From: Bdellovibrionales bacterium
GTDB taxonomy: Bacteria > Bdellovibrionota > UBA1018 > CAIMNF01
Assembly (NCBI GenBank): GCA_040380025.1
Contig: JBEIJY010000023.1
Span: forward strand, 1 to 39,741
Direction of reading: 5' to 3'
DNA: 39,741 nt
Of this stretch, positions 18,701-27,019 are shown piece by piece. Within the stretch, counting starts at the first letter, position 1, and every line of letters begins with the position of its first letter. A model generated the notes under the pieces. That model saw only the letters and a list, made by a program, of their open reading frames with translations. It was not told the origin of the DNA and did no database searches. A program made the position numbers and the translations under genes.

Positions 18701-19245
18701 CCGAGTGCGGTTCCCGCCGCGGTCCTCATCTCGAGGCTCGCATCGGCGGGTTTCATGAGGATGCGCAAATGGGGGGCGAGGGGGGCGATCAGGTCCCCAA
18801 AGCGGAGCACCCGCGACTGGAGGGATTTCAGCTCGTCTTTTGTGATGGTCCGCTCGGTTCCGCCCAGAATCGATTGCTTCAGGACAAAAATGGAGCGGAT
18901 GAACGAATCACTGATCGGATTTTCCGGCGGCAGATTCCGGTTCGCAAAGCTCTGAAGGTCCGAGGACGAATACGCATCCGGTGTTGATCCCCGGGTCATG
19001 GTCCCGAAAACCCCGAGCGCGTGGTTCACGCACGGAAAAATCTGCTGAAGCCGCGCCCCGTCCCCCGCGGAGTCCTCCAGGGTTCCGGTGAACAATGCGT
19101 TCAGGTTCTCGGGGATTTTTTGAAGACACGACAGATCGAGCTTTTCATTCTGGAATCCTTTTTGCGTTTTCGGGTCGTTCCGGATCCACCCGCACGAAGC
19201 GGCAGCCGCCAGGAGCGGCAGAAGAATCAAAACCCTAAAACGCAT
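15775..19245 (-). CDS. Large (1156 aa) hypothetical lipoprotein with two EF-hand-like loops
   Basis: MRFRVLILLPLLAAAAS-C lipobox. 12-residue loops NGNGDQYIDTTE and NVNRDDYLQFSE. Overlaps the upstream gene by 11 nt. Confidence 0.85.
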   Translation of the reverse strand: MRFRVLILLPLLAAAASCGWIRNDPKTQKGFQNEKLDLSCLQKIPENLNALFTGTLEDSAGDGARLQQIFPCVNHALGVFGTMTRGSTPDAYSSSDLQSFANRNLPPENPISDSFIRSIFVLKQSILGGTERTITKDELKSLQSRVLRFGDLIAPLAPHLRILMKPADASLEMRTAAGTALGVFVRGLPEVLADSRNPLEWKELGTFLEELEKFISRRNGKTPETVLALVREQLPVLQYSKLLLVGGSESAIEAAKWKPIFNSIANLYGAFLITQKPSEILDQTWIEVESTEPEQARAVQKLIETLQSLSANEQLTTRPIVLQFSDGFAKALFVNSLLFPRTRGSLALRQFFGNAELRKTAGRLAEQALKLDPNHLTPKVLAPLVRDLIEVIRLAAVSDSGWDQRVSTLSLTRTSQYLDELDPMLQDKTLKVQFQKYLPLIKEVLPFLVGNDGETLRPRQVAGIIGKGFDFYATWDPQSTDPMNQKLGDTLEILVRAPSFEEVSVTQIKGLLARLEETLREMSPATVMDWNLIRSYLDRGMKLKATFFRTPETKISIREVRDAAMLFEPLRWGKSMTDSMFMVSDLLLNTSIPNAPIAEVISAVNSFLPKEYQTETLGLTLDLIRLVKPVAVGGNRDSFSRQDYSVIARLGGNILRDVYPRYQELGSGFKPGVDSKTFDLVHLGLRAFADSRAGEIRLTDLKALIREGLRRVKLFPQEPTIDKFLSGFHTRVLKRMKSPKPKSLEGLGFGGRDLGPFIALTARIRDELAPLEASFPSPETEVHRDELIGRLRSPSAQKILRNIQPVLFGKEHRLRYPRAGEVLNQFNLYDVSFKFMVFQVVEMLFPLYKVSKDPQGPNTARLNVTDLTDLLTDLNDLITELKLVYGYAPASKSALARLRSINLFTRNGNGDQYIDTTETTEFLTITQGGKKALLEIEAVLYPACFPEVQDFDRISEIPVSCLKRVYFQKAFFARIYGEIAPELIRQMVTWDDAGMDSFRKSMLTAIYPAWKEDGAFPRVELESLVSVPHFTENLFQRFNVNRDDYLQFSEIMKSFSIFCMEIKNAGGPLIAGSCEPGKKPKQVEAIFGYLIFKGEPPRGIKPGDNFRQRVAAIKEIFCWFKDWRKLDKRPSVRDKEPPMLDRKDILKIMSNLSTAL

Positions 19246-20674
19246 AGTTCACCCCCAAACGAATCCGACCCAAGGATCTCACATCGGCCAGGAACTCAGC
19301 CCCCCGGTCGGGCGAAACATCGAGGTAACTCGAAAGAACATCGCCCCCGATGTAGATTCCGAGATCCGGCGTGAACCGGTAGGACGCATCGCCCGAGAAC
19401 CAATCCCCTCGGATCGAATATTCATGGATGTACTTGAACGAGATCGCCGGATCATGCACGTTCCCGGGCAAGAATCGATGCTTCAAGGCGATCTGTGTGG
19501 CCATCCGGTAAAACAAATGGGAGCTGAACAGGCTTCCTTGCGAAGAGGCGACCCGGCCGACATCGGCATCCAGTCCTCCTTGCACCCAGATCTGGCTCAG
19601 GGTCACCGAAGAACTCATGTTCTTGAATTCAATCCAAGGCATCCAGGTGCTCGAGAGGGTGAGCGGAGTTGCGGTCAGATTCGACGGAATCGGATCGCCC
19701 ACGGGTTGGTCGATGAGCCCCGCGAAGCCAAACTCGAGGCCGTTCTCCAGGCGGTAGCGAAGCTCCCCGTTAAAGAGATGATGATGAAAGAGAAGCGGTT
19801 GCAACACCACCGGCACTTCGTTGTTCGCAAGGTAGTACTCGGCATCGAAGCCGATCGGAAAATAATTCAAGGGCAGATAGCCGTACGAGAATTTGGCCCC
19901 GTAGGGGAGTTCCGGCTTGGTCTCGGCCGAGAAGGCGAAGCTCGGCCGGAAGAGAATCTTCGTGATGGACGGAATCTCGAGCTGATACCGAAGCGGCACG
20001 GTGCCATTCAAAAGGGGCATGGATTCCGGGGCCGAGTTGATTCCCTGCGGATGCACCGGCACCACGCGGTTGTCCTCGATCACGACGTTCGGCCCGATCT
20101 CGGGAATGAAAAGCGCGGAGGCGAACATCTTGAAGTCAAAGTACCCGCTTCGCATCGAAGCGAAAATCCCGGTGAGCCCCTGCATGGACGGACGAAGCCG
20201 GTCCCACTGGTCCAGTTGTTCGAATTGCCCGAGATTCCAGATCGAGTCCACTTTGGTCCAGCCCATCAGGCGGCGCCCGAACGAGAACCGGATCTGATTC
20301 TCCCTTTTTCCGTCCTTCTGGCCCCAATACAGATTTTTCGAGGTGAGCGCGAAGGCCTTCGGCTGTGCCGCACTCATGCGGAGCTTCACATCACCCGCGT
20401 ATTCGAACTCCGATGCGGGCGCGGCAACGGCGGCAGTTTTGGATTTCGGGTTCTTTTTGAGGACGGGAGAGGCAAACTCGAGTCCCGCGCTCACAATCGG
20501 GAACACCTGCGGGTGGACCACCGGTCGGTACCCCTGGCCCTCGAAGCCGAGCTCAAAACGCATCGGGGCGGCCACCGATGCTTCGGTTCCGAGCGTCAGA
20601 AGAAAAAGAAGGAATAGGAAAAAACGCGGACCTACCCCTCGAGTAAGAAACAGTACCCCCATCCGAATCCCCAT
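19235..20674 (-). CDS. Hypothetical outer-membrane beta-barrel protein
   Basis: Signal-like segment (RFFLFLLFLLTLGTEASVA), alternating amphipathic strands and C-terminal beta-signal RIRLGVNYAF. Start is ATG 20674 or 20662; the track's TTG at 20713 is less likely. Confidence 0.8.
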   Translation of the reverse strand: MGIRMGVLFLTRGVGPRFFLFLLFLLTLGTEASVAAPMRFELGFEGQGYRPVVHPQVFPIVSAGLEFASPVLKKNPKSKTAAVAAPASEFEYAGDVKLRMSAAQPKAFALTSKNLYWGQKDGKRENQIRFSFGRRLMGWTKVDSIWNLGQFEQLDQWDRLRPSMQGLTGIFASMRSGYFDFKMFASALFIPEIGPNVVIEDNRVVPVHPQGINSAPESMPLLNGTVPLRYQLEIPSITKILFRPSFAFSAETKPELPYGAKFSYGYLPLNYFPIGFDAEYYLANNEVPVVLQPLLFHHHLFNGELRYRLENGLEFGFAGLIDQPVGDPIPSNLTATPLTLSSTWMPWIEFKNMSSSVTLSQIWVQGGLDADVGRVASSQGSLFSSHLFYRMATQIALKHRFLPGNVHDPAISFKYIHEYSIRGDWFSGDASYRFTPDLGIYIGGDVLSSYLDVSPDRGAEFLADVRSLGRIRLGVNYAF

Positions 20675-20721
20675 TAACGCGCTGTTTACACCATAGAATC
20701 GGAGCCGAGTCAAAACCCTTG

Positions 20722-20730
20722 TGCTAGTTT
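20722..20730 (+). promoter_or_regulatory. Extended -10 promoter, leaderless geometry for the addB-like gene
   Basis: TG-C-TAGTTT, 7 nt, ATG 20738. No Shine-Dalgarno sequence. Confidence 0.5.
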
Positions 20731-20737
20731 TCCGAAA

Positions 20738-23344
20738 ATGAATCCGAAGATTTCCGAAATCATCGAGCGAATCGCAGGGCTGGAGCCCTCGGCGGTTCTT
20801 GTTCTTGCTCCGGGGTTTGTGCGCGAAGAGTGGAAATCCCTCTGTTTTTCACAGGGAAAGGGACTGGTCGCCTCTGCGATTCAAAGTCCGGTTCAAATCG
20901 CTCAGGTTTTGGTGCCTGAGTCTGGCAATCGGACGCCGGGGCGGGTGGCGCGGGTTGAGATGCTCCGCGCAAATTTTAAGCAAGGAGCATTGAAAGAAGC
21001 ACTCCCCCGACTCATGGAGCACCGGTTCCGTCCGAATTTTTTTGACTCCCTCGACCGGTCTTTGCAAAAGGGCCGCGAGCTGTTCGCGCATGACGAAGAG
21101 GCCGGGGTGTTCCGCGAACGGCTCGACGAAAAAAACGGCCCGGACGAGCGGCGTTCGGAGTTTTTTCTTTTGAATCGCTTTTGGGAAAGCCTCTTGCGGG
21201 TCCGCGATCTTTTCGACGAAGCGCGGATTCTCGAGTTTGCGACCGCGAGGCTTGCCCGGGAGCCGGTGCCAGTGTCGTTCCCCAAAAAAATCTACTGGCT
21301 CCATCATTTCCCGATGAGTCCGAAACTACGACTGTTCGTCGAGGAGCTTTCCCGGCAGGTCGAGGTGGAGCAAATCCATTCCTCACAGGTTTTTCCCCTG
21401 AGGAACGATTCGATTCCACTGGAGCGCAGGCAAACCCATTCGATCGAGGACGCCGCCCACCACCTCGTCGATCAGATCCTCGGTTCCGATGATCCCGATC
21501 TTCATGCTGTGGTGATCGAAGATCGTCCCGCGATCCGGCGAACCTTGGAGCGGGTGGCCTCCTCGCGGGGCTATCCGCTCCGGGACGCGCGCGATCCGAC
21601 CCTTCTTTTGCTGGCCGAGGAACTGAAGTCCGCCCTTCTGCCGCTGGAACTCGCCGCGAAGAATTTTCCGCGGGATCTCGTGCTCGCCTGGATCAACATC
21701 CGGAGTCCCGGCAAGGGCGCCTTGCGCGAAAAAATCCTGGAGCGGAACCCCGAGGGGGGCCTGTTTTCGTATCGCTTCGACCCGGCTCTTTTCGGGGAAC
21801 TCGAGGAGATCTCGCTCCGGTTTCCCAAGAAAATGACCGTGCAGGAGCTTGCTGCGGCCATGGGTGAATCCCTGCGCTCACTCGGGCTTTCCTCCCGTGC
21901 CGGCGAGGCCGTCGATCGCGCCCTCGCGGAATGGTCCGAGGGGCTCGCCCTTCTGGACTCCCTTTCCGGTCCGAAGCCGGCCCGGTTCTGGTGGAAGGAA
22001 CTGAAGGAATCCTTGAAGCGTGCCGCTCCGCCCGTTCCTCCGCTCCGGCACTCGAGGGGACTCGGTTTGTATCGGGTCGATCAGGGGGCGTCCTTCGCGT
22101 TTCCTCCCGAAGTGCGGATCCATTTTTTCGGGGCGAGTGCCTCGTTTTTCGAGCCCAGGGAGGAGAGCACGGAGTGGCTCTCGGGCCGCGATCTCGAGAC
22201 GCTTTCTCGCGAATTCTCCCTCCCCGGACGAAGCGAGCGGCGCATCCTCGCTCGGACCTCGTTCCTCTCTTGGGCCGCGCGATCGGCCGTCGCGCCGGTG
22301 TTTTGGGAGTATCTGTACGACGAGGCCGGCGTCGAGGTCGAATCGCCCGAATTGACCTTGCAGACGCTGGGCGGAATCGAGCTCCGTGAGCCAGTGTCAC
22401 TTCCGGTTCATGCGCTCATTCTGCCGGGGCTTTCTGCGCGCAGAACTCCGCGGGTTCCGGCGGTTCCGCCGCCGGTCGCGACGCGGGAGTTCCCGGTGAG
22501 TTTTCTCGACGCGCTCGGCACCTGTCCGTTCACGGCCTACGTGCGGCATCTTCTCGGTGCGCAGGATGAGCGCGATTCCGATTTCGAGATCGCGAACGAT
22601 GTGTACGGAAACCTCCTTCACAAGGCGATCGAGAAGCTCCTGGGTTCGCAGGGCGTGATGAGCCCATCCGATGCCTTTGATGCCGCATGGAGCGAGACCC
22701 GGAAGCCCGGCTGGATCCGGAGCGAGCGCCTGGGCGTGGCGGCACGGAAAAAGGCGATCCGGGTGCTGGAGCGGCTTTTGGAATCCGAGACCGAATACCG
22801 GGCCCGATCCGGCGCAAGCCTTCGAAGCCAGGAGGAGGAGATCTCCCTCGAACGGGGCGGGTTCGTGTTTCGCGGCAGGATCGATCGCACGGATCAGCAC
22901 GCCGACGGGTTGGTCGTGGTCGACTACAAGACCAGCTCCCGCCTCACCGGGGGGCTCGCTTCGCTCGAGACCGGAAAAGGCCTTCCGCTTGCGGCGTACG
23001 CGCTCGCCCTGCGCGAGCGGACCAAGGAAGAGGTCGTTTCGGCCCAATATGTGATCCTCGCCCAGGACCGGATCAACCGCAATTACGGCGTGCTTTTCAA
23101 GCAATGGAACAAAGGCAAGTCGGCCGACGAGGTCGAGCTCCCGCTCAGTTTTGTGCGCTCCGGTCATTCCTCCTTGTTCTTGACCGGACCGGACGAGGTT
23201 TGGGCCGCCTTCGAGCAGAAACTGCAGGAGCTTCTCGGGCGGGCCGTCGCCGAAGGGTTCCCGCCGAGGCCCGCCGACGAGCGGGATTGCGACGGATGCC
23301 GGTTTTCGACGCTTTGTGGACGCGATCGCCCCGTGATAGCCTGA
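20738..23344 (+). CDS. addB: AddB/RexB-like protein: degenerate helicase-like N-terminus plus PD-(D/E)XK nuclease with 4-Cys Fe-S staple
   Basis: TCPF, GNLLHKAIE, FRGRIDRTD, VVVDYKT and C-terminal CDGCRFSTLC. No intact Walker A motif at the N-terminus. Confidence 0.75.
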   Translation: MNPKISEIIERIAGLEPSAVLVLAPGFVREEWKSLCFSQGKGLVASAIQSPVQIAQVLVPESGNRTPGRVARVEMLRANFKQGALKEALPRLMEHRFRPNFFDSLDRSLQKGRELFAHDEEAGVFRERLDEKNGPDERRSEFFLLNRFWESLLRVRDLFDEARILEFATARLAREPVPVSFPKKIYWLHHFPMSPKLRLFVEELSRQVEVEQIHSSQVFPLRNDSIPLERRQTHSIEDAAHHLVDQILGSDDPDLHAVVIEDRPAIRRTLERVASSRGYPLRDARDPTLLLLAEELKSALLPLELAAKNFPRDLVLAWINIRSPGKGALREKILERNPEGGLFSYRFDPALFGELEEISLRFPKKMTVQELAAAMGESLRSLGLSSRAGEAVDRALAEWSEGLALLDSLSGPKPARFWWKELKESLKRAAPPVPPLRHSRGLGLYRVDQGASFAFPPEVRIHFFGASASFFEPREESTEWLSGRDLETLSREFSLPGRSERRILARTSFLSWAARSAVAPVFWEYLYDEAGVEVESPELTLQTLGGIELREPVSLPVHALILPGLSARRTPRVPAVPPPVATREFPVSFLDALGTCPFTAYVRHLLGAQDERDSDFEIANDVYGNLLHKAIEKLLGSQGVMSPSDAFDAAWSETRKPGWIRSERLGVAARKKAIRVLERLLESETEYRARSGASLRSQEEEISLERGGFVFRGRIDRTDQHADGLVVVDYKTSSRLTGGLASLETGKGLPLAAYALALRERTKEEVVSAQYVILAQDRINRNYGVLFKQWNKGKSADEVELPLSFVRSGHSSLFLTGPDEVWAAFEQKLQELLGRAVAEGFPPRPADERDCDGCRFSTLCGRDRPVIA

Positions 23345-23356
23345 AGGCAGGGGGTA

Positions 23357-25000
23357 GTGGGGGTGTTGAACGGAATCCGCTCCAAGATCTTTGCTTTTCT
23401 TTCGTGCCTGCTCTTGGTGAGCATCGGTGGTGTGGGGATCAGCTTCTGGTTCACCCAGCGCGTGAACGCCCGGTTGTCCGAGGTGAATCTCCGTTCCGTT
23501 CCCCTGCAAAAAGAATTGACCCGCCTGTATTCCGACACCGGGCTCCTGCAACGGGAACTCGAGCAAAGTCTGGGCTTCCGTCATTGGAACGATCCCCGTT
23601 GGAAGCCGAAGCGGATTCCGGTCTGGGCCATCGAAGTTCATCGCTCCACCCTCGAACGAATCAAGCCCGAAGATCTGACGAGCGCGCCCTGGAAGGCCTG
23701 GTATGCGCGGGTGCTCAAGCTCAATCAAGATCTCGCCTCGGGTGCGGAATCGCTGTTCCTGGAACTTCAGGCCTCGCACATCGATCAGGCGGCTCTCTTG
23801 TATCCCGACTGGATTCGCCGGCTCGAGACGCTTCAAAAGGAGGTCGAGTGGGCGCGCCGGGAAATCGACCAAGAAACCCGGAACGCCTTCCGCGATGCGC
23901 AGGACCGCGTTCAGGATCTGCGATTCGCGCTCCAGGTTTTGCTTCTCGTAGTGGTCGGAGTGGCGCTCCTCGTGATCTGGATGGGCGAGCGCGCCCTGCG
24001 ACCGATCGGATCCCTGCGGGCCGTGGTCAAGCAGGTCAACGAACGGGGCTCGATCACCCGCGACGTGCGCGCGGGAATCCCCTCCGCCCCGATCGGCCAA
24101 AAGGACGAGGTGAGCGAGCTTGCCCGGGAGTTCCACCAAATGGCGACCACCCTGATCGAACGCGAAAAAATGATCGAGCACCAGAAGGCGCGGCTCGAAG
24201 AGCAGAACAAGGCGCTGATGCAGATGGGCGAGTTGCAAAAGCGGCTCCAGCAAGCCGAGCATCTGGCCGCGGTGGGGCGTCTCTCGGCGCAAGTTGCCCA
24301 CGAGGTCGGAAACCCTCTTCATTCCATCGGTCTCGAGTCGGAGCTCGCTCTCGAAGTCTTGGACAGGATGTCGCCCGGAAAGTCATCGTCGGCGCTCTCG
24401 ATCAAGCAGTCCCTGGGTTCGATCCAGGTGAGCGTCGAACGCCTGAAGAAGATCATTCAAAACTACCTGAAGCTCTCGCGCATCTCGCCGGGCGGGAACG
24501 AGGCGGTCGACCTGAAGGTCGCAGTTGAAAACGCGATTGCCACCTATGCGAACGAACTCCAGAAGGCCTCCGTCCAGATGGACTGGTATTTCGATCCCGG
24601 CCTTCGGTCGGCGGGTGTGGTGGTCGGAGATCCCGATCTGATCGAGTATGCCGTCGGAAATCTCATCCGAAATTCGATACAGGCCATGGAAGGGGCGGAC
24701 TCGAAAGAACGGAGGATCCTGATCCGTCTTGAGGCCGGAACGAATCGGGCCCGCATCCGGTTCGAGGATTCCGGTCCCGGAATCGCCGAGGAAATTCGTA
24801 AAAATCTCTTCAAGCCTTTCTTCACAACGAAAGCGAACGGAACCGGCATCGGCCTCTCCTTCGTCAAGAAAGTATTCACCGACGCGGGAGGGGATTTTTC
24901 CCTGCGCGCGGGTGGCACGGGAACCGGTGCGGAATTCGAGGGGTACTTTCCGCTCGTTCCGGCGGCAGTCAAAGAAACCCGCAGGGAGGCGAACGTATGA
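23357..25000 (+). CDS. Membrane sensor histidine kinase (2 TM, HAMP, HisKA, HATPase), NtrY/PilS-like
   Basis: Two TM segments, HAMP (DEVSELAREFHQM), H-box AHEVGNPL, N-box NLIRNS, DSGPG, FKPFFTTK and GTGIGL. Confidence 0.93.
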   Translation: MGVLNGIRSKIFAFLSCLLLVSIGGVGISFWFTQRVNARLSEVNLRSVPLQKELTRLYSDTGLLQRELEQSLGFRHWNDPRWKPKRIPVWAIEVHRSTLERIKPEDLTSAPWKAWYARVLKLNQDLASGAESLFLELQASHIDQAALLYPDWIRRLETLQKEVEWARREIDQETRNAFRDAQDRVQDLRFALQVLLLVVVGVALLVIWMGERALRPIGSLRAVVKQVNERGSITRDVRAGIPSAPIGQKDEVSELAREFHQMATTLIEREKMIEHQKARLEEQNKALMQMGELQKRLQQAEHLAAVGRLSAQVAHEVGNPLHSIGLESELALEVLDRMSPGKSSSALSIKQSLGSIQVSVERLKKIIQNYLKLSRISPGGNEAVDLKVAVENAIATYANELQKASVQMDWYFDPGLRSAGVVVGDPDLIEYAVGNLIRNSIQAMEGADSKERRILIRLEAGTNRARIRFEDSGPGIAEEIRKNLFKPFFTTKANGTGIGLSFVKKVFTDAGGDFSLRAGGTGTGAEFEGYFPLVPAAVKETRREANV

Positions 25001-26331
25001 GTTCGAGGATTCTTCTGGTCGATGATGATCCCGAGTCGTTGCAGTCCACGGCGAGGATTCTTCGTTTTTCAGGGCACGAGGTGACGGAGGCCGCATCCGG
25101 CGCGGAGGCCCTCGGGCAAATCCAGGCTCTCCGTCCCGATCTGGTGGTGACCGATGTCCGGATGCCGGGGATGAGCGGTCTTGAGTTCATCGAAGCATAC
25201 CGGAAGTCCGGACAAGACATCCCGTTCATCGTCATGACGGCTTTCGGCGAGGTGAAGGATGCCGTTTGGGCCATGAAAATGGGAGCCGTGGAATTTTTGC
25301 TGAAGCCTTTCAATCGGCAGGCGCTCTTGGATGCGCTGGACTCTGTGATGGTGCGGATTCAAAAACCGGTGAATCCGGATGTCTCCCCGGAGTCCGGCCG
25401 GATCGGCTCTTCGCGGGTCATGAAGGAACTCGGCGTGCTGATCGAACAGGTCGCAAGAACCGATGCTTCGGTGCTGGTGCTGGGGGAGAGCGGAAGCGGC
25501 AAGGAGCAGGTGGCGCGCTGGATCCATGAAAAAAGCGCGGTTTCAAACGGACCGTTCGTGGCGGTCAACTGTGCCGCGATTCCCGAGAACCTGATCGAGA
25601 GCGAACTCTTCGGCTTCGAGCGGGGCGCGTTCTCGGGGGCGAGCCAGAGCAAAGCCGGATTGATCGAAGCCGCAAACGGAGGGACCCTTCTGCTCGATGA
25701 GATCGGCGACATGCCCCTTTCGCTTCAGCCGAGGCTGCTGCGATTCCTTGAGGAGCAGACGATCCGGAGACTCGGTTCCACGGTCGAAAAAAAGGTCTCC
25801 GTGCGGGTGATTGCGGCAACCCATCGGAATCTCCCGCAGTGGGTCCGGGATCAGCGCTTCCGTCAGGATCTGTATTATCGTCTGGATGTGATGAGCCTGC
25901 GGGTTCCCGCACTTCGGGAGCGGATGGAGGACGTGCCCGAACTCGCCCTGCATTTCGTGAACCGATTCTCGCGCTCCTACGGAAAAACCCGGATCGGCAT
26001 CGATCCCGCCGCGATCGCGCTCCTGCTCGATCACGATTGGCCCGGGAACGTGCGGGAGCTGTCGAACGTGCTCGAGCGTGCCGTCGTTCTGAACCGGTCT
26101 GGAACGATCGGAGTCGCTGACCTTCCTCCCCATCTGCGATGCGCGGTCACCGCTCCGGAGAGCGGCGAAACCATCACGATTCCGATCGGCATGAGTTTGC
26201 GCGAGGTCGAAGATCTCATGATCAAAAAAGCACTGCAGGCTTCGCAAGGCGACCGCGCCGGGGCCGCCCGGCTTCTGGGTGTGAATGAGCGGACGATTTA
26301 TCGCCGGATCAGCAAGACCAAAGAAGACTGA
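24997..26331 (+). CDS. NtrC-family sigma54-dependent response regulator
   Basis: Receiver (LLVDDD, TDVRMP, MTAFG, KP), AAA+ (GESGSGKE, ESELFG, GAFSGA, LLLDE, WPGNVREL) and Fis HTH. ATGA overlap with the kinase. Confidence 0.95.
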   Translation: MSSRILLVDDDPESLQSTARILRFSGHEVTEAASGAEALGQIQALRPDLVVTDVRMPGMSGLEFIEAYRKSGQDIPFIVMTAFGEVKDAVWAMKMGAVEFLLKPFNRQALLDALDSVMVRIQKPVNPDVSPESGRIGSSRVMKELGVLIEQVARTDASVLVLGESGSGKEQVARWIHEKSAVSNGPFVAVNCAAIPENLIESELFGFERGAFSGASQSKAGLIEAANGGTLLLDEIGDMPLSLQPRLLRFLEEQTIRRLGSTVEKKVSVRVIAATHRNLPQWVRDQRFRQDLYYRLDVMSLRVPALRERMEDVPELALHFVNRFSRSYGKTRIGIDPAAIALLLDHDWPGNVRELSNVLERAVVLNRSGTIGVADLPPHLRCAVTAPESGETITIPIGMSLREVEDLMIKKALQASQGDRAGAARLLGVNERTIYRRISKTKED

Positions 26332-27019
26332 ACCGCACGCATGCGGTTCCGGCGAGTTCTGTTTTCGCGGCACTCATGCGGACCGCCCGGCTCAGCGAGT
26401 AGAAACATCCGCGAATGAAATGTTCGTGCAGATCAAGCAGCAATCCGATTCCTTCCGAAGACTGCAGCGCGGGATTCCGCAGCGGAGATTTTTTCCAGAT
26501 CAGCGCGACCTCGCGGTCCGACTCCCGCTCCGGCAGGAAGGCACGCTCGCCGTAAAGCTGGCTTTCCAGAAAGGCACGGGAGGCATCGCGCAGGGGCAGA
26601 TCCCCCGATCCTCCCCAGATCGCATCCATGAAGGATCTGCCATGGTTCCAGCTCGCTTGCTGGAGCACATTCGCGGTCTCGGCCGGATTCTCCGTGCGCG
26701 AGATCACATTCTCCGCCGTGGAGCCCTGGATGATCCAGACGGTCTCCTCCAGCTCCTCCAAAAAATCCCCGATCCGCTGGGAGCCGACCAGATCCTCGAG
26801 GTTCAGGGGAAGCTCGTCGATTCTCGCCTTCTCGAATTGCCAGAGATTCTGATTCAGCGTCACGCGGGTCATGCGTTCCATCCGGTGGGCCGGCTCGGTT
26901 TTCGAGAGGATGCTGCCGGTCCACGCATCCGTGAGCGAGTGCAGGGCGATCAGGCGGCGGAACCGGCGTTCCTCCTCCAATGAGGCCTTTCGCTCATGCC
27001 AGCATCCCGCTTTCCTCAT
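26309..27019 (-). CDS. Hypothetical protein, V4R/H-NOX-like fold suspected
   Basis: ATGA overlap with the upstream 897-aa gene. The C-terminal pattern 'KSPL...LDLHEHFIRGCFYSL...AGTACVRFSLLW' resembles V4R-type domains. Confidence 0.7.
   Translation of the reverse strand: MRKAGCWHERKASLEEERRFRRLIALHSLTDAWTGSILSKTEPAHRMERMTRVTLNQNLWQFEKARIDELPLNLEDLVGSQRIGDFLEELEETVWIIQGSTAENVISRTENPAETANVLQQASWNHGRSFMDAIWGGSGDLPLRDASRAFLESQLYGERAFLPERESDREVALIWKKSPLRNPALQSSEGIGLLLDLHEHFIRGCFYSLSRAVRMSAAKTELAGTACVRFSLLWSC
26330..26349. terminator. Hairpin at the convergent gene junction (possible terminator)
   Basis: GAACCGCA-cgca-TGCGGTTC, a perfect 8-bp stem directly after the regulator stop. No clear U-tract. 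Confidence 0.3.

Noticed and set aside
15922..20617. Plus-strand ORFs of 417, 595 and 397 aa
   Set aside because: Antisense shadows of the lipoprotein and barrel genes, which have signal peptides and coherent overlaps.
20738..23344. Cas4/CRISPR interpretation of the 4-Cys PD-(D/E)XK nuclease
   Set aside because: The 868-aa length and architecture fit AddB. No repeat-spacer array or other cas genes were seen in the window.
22397..24528. 641-aa (-) and 613-aa (+) ORFs over the addB-like and kinase genes
   Set aside because: Antisense or Arg/Pro/Gly-rich alternative-frame ORFs expected at high GC. The frames carrying motifs are already assigned.
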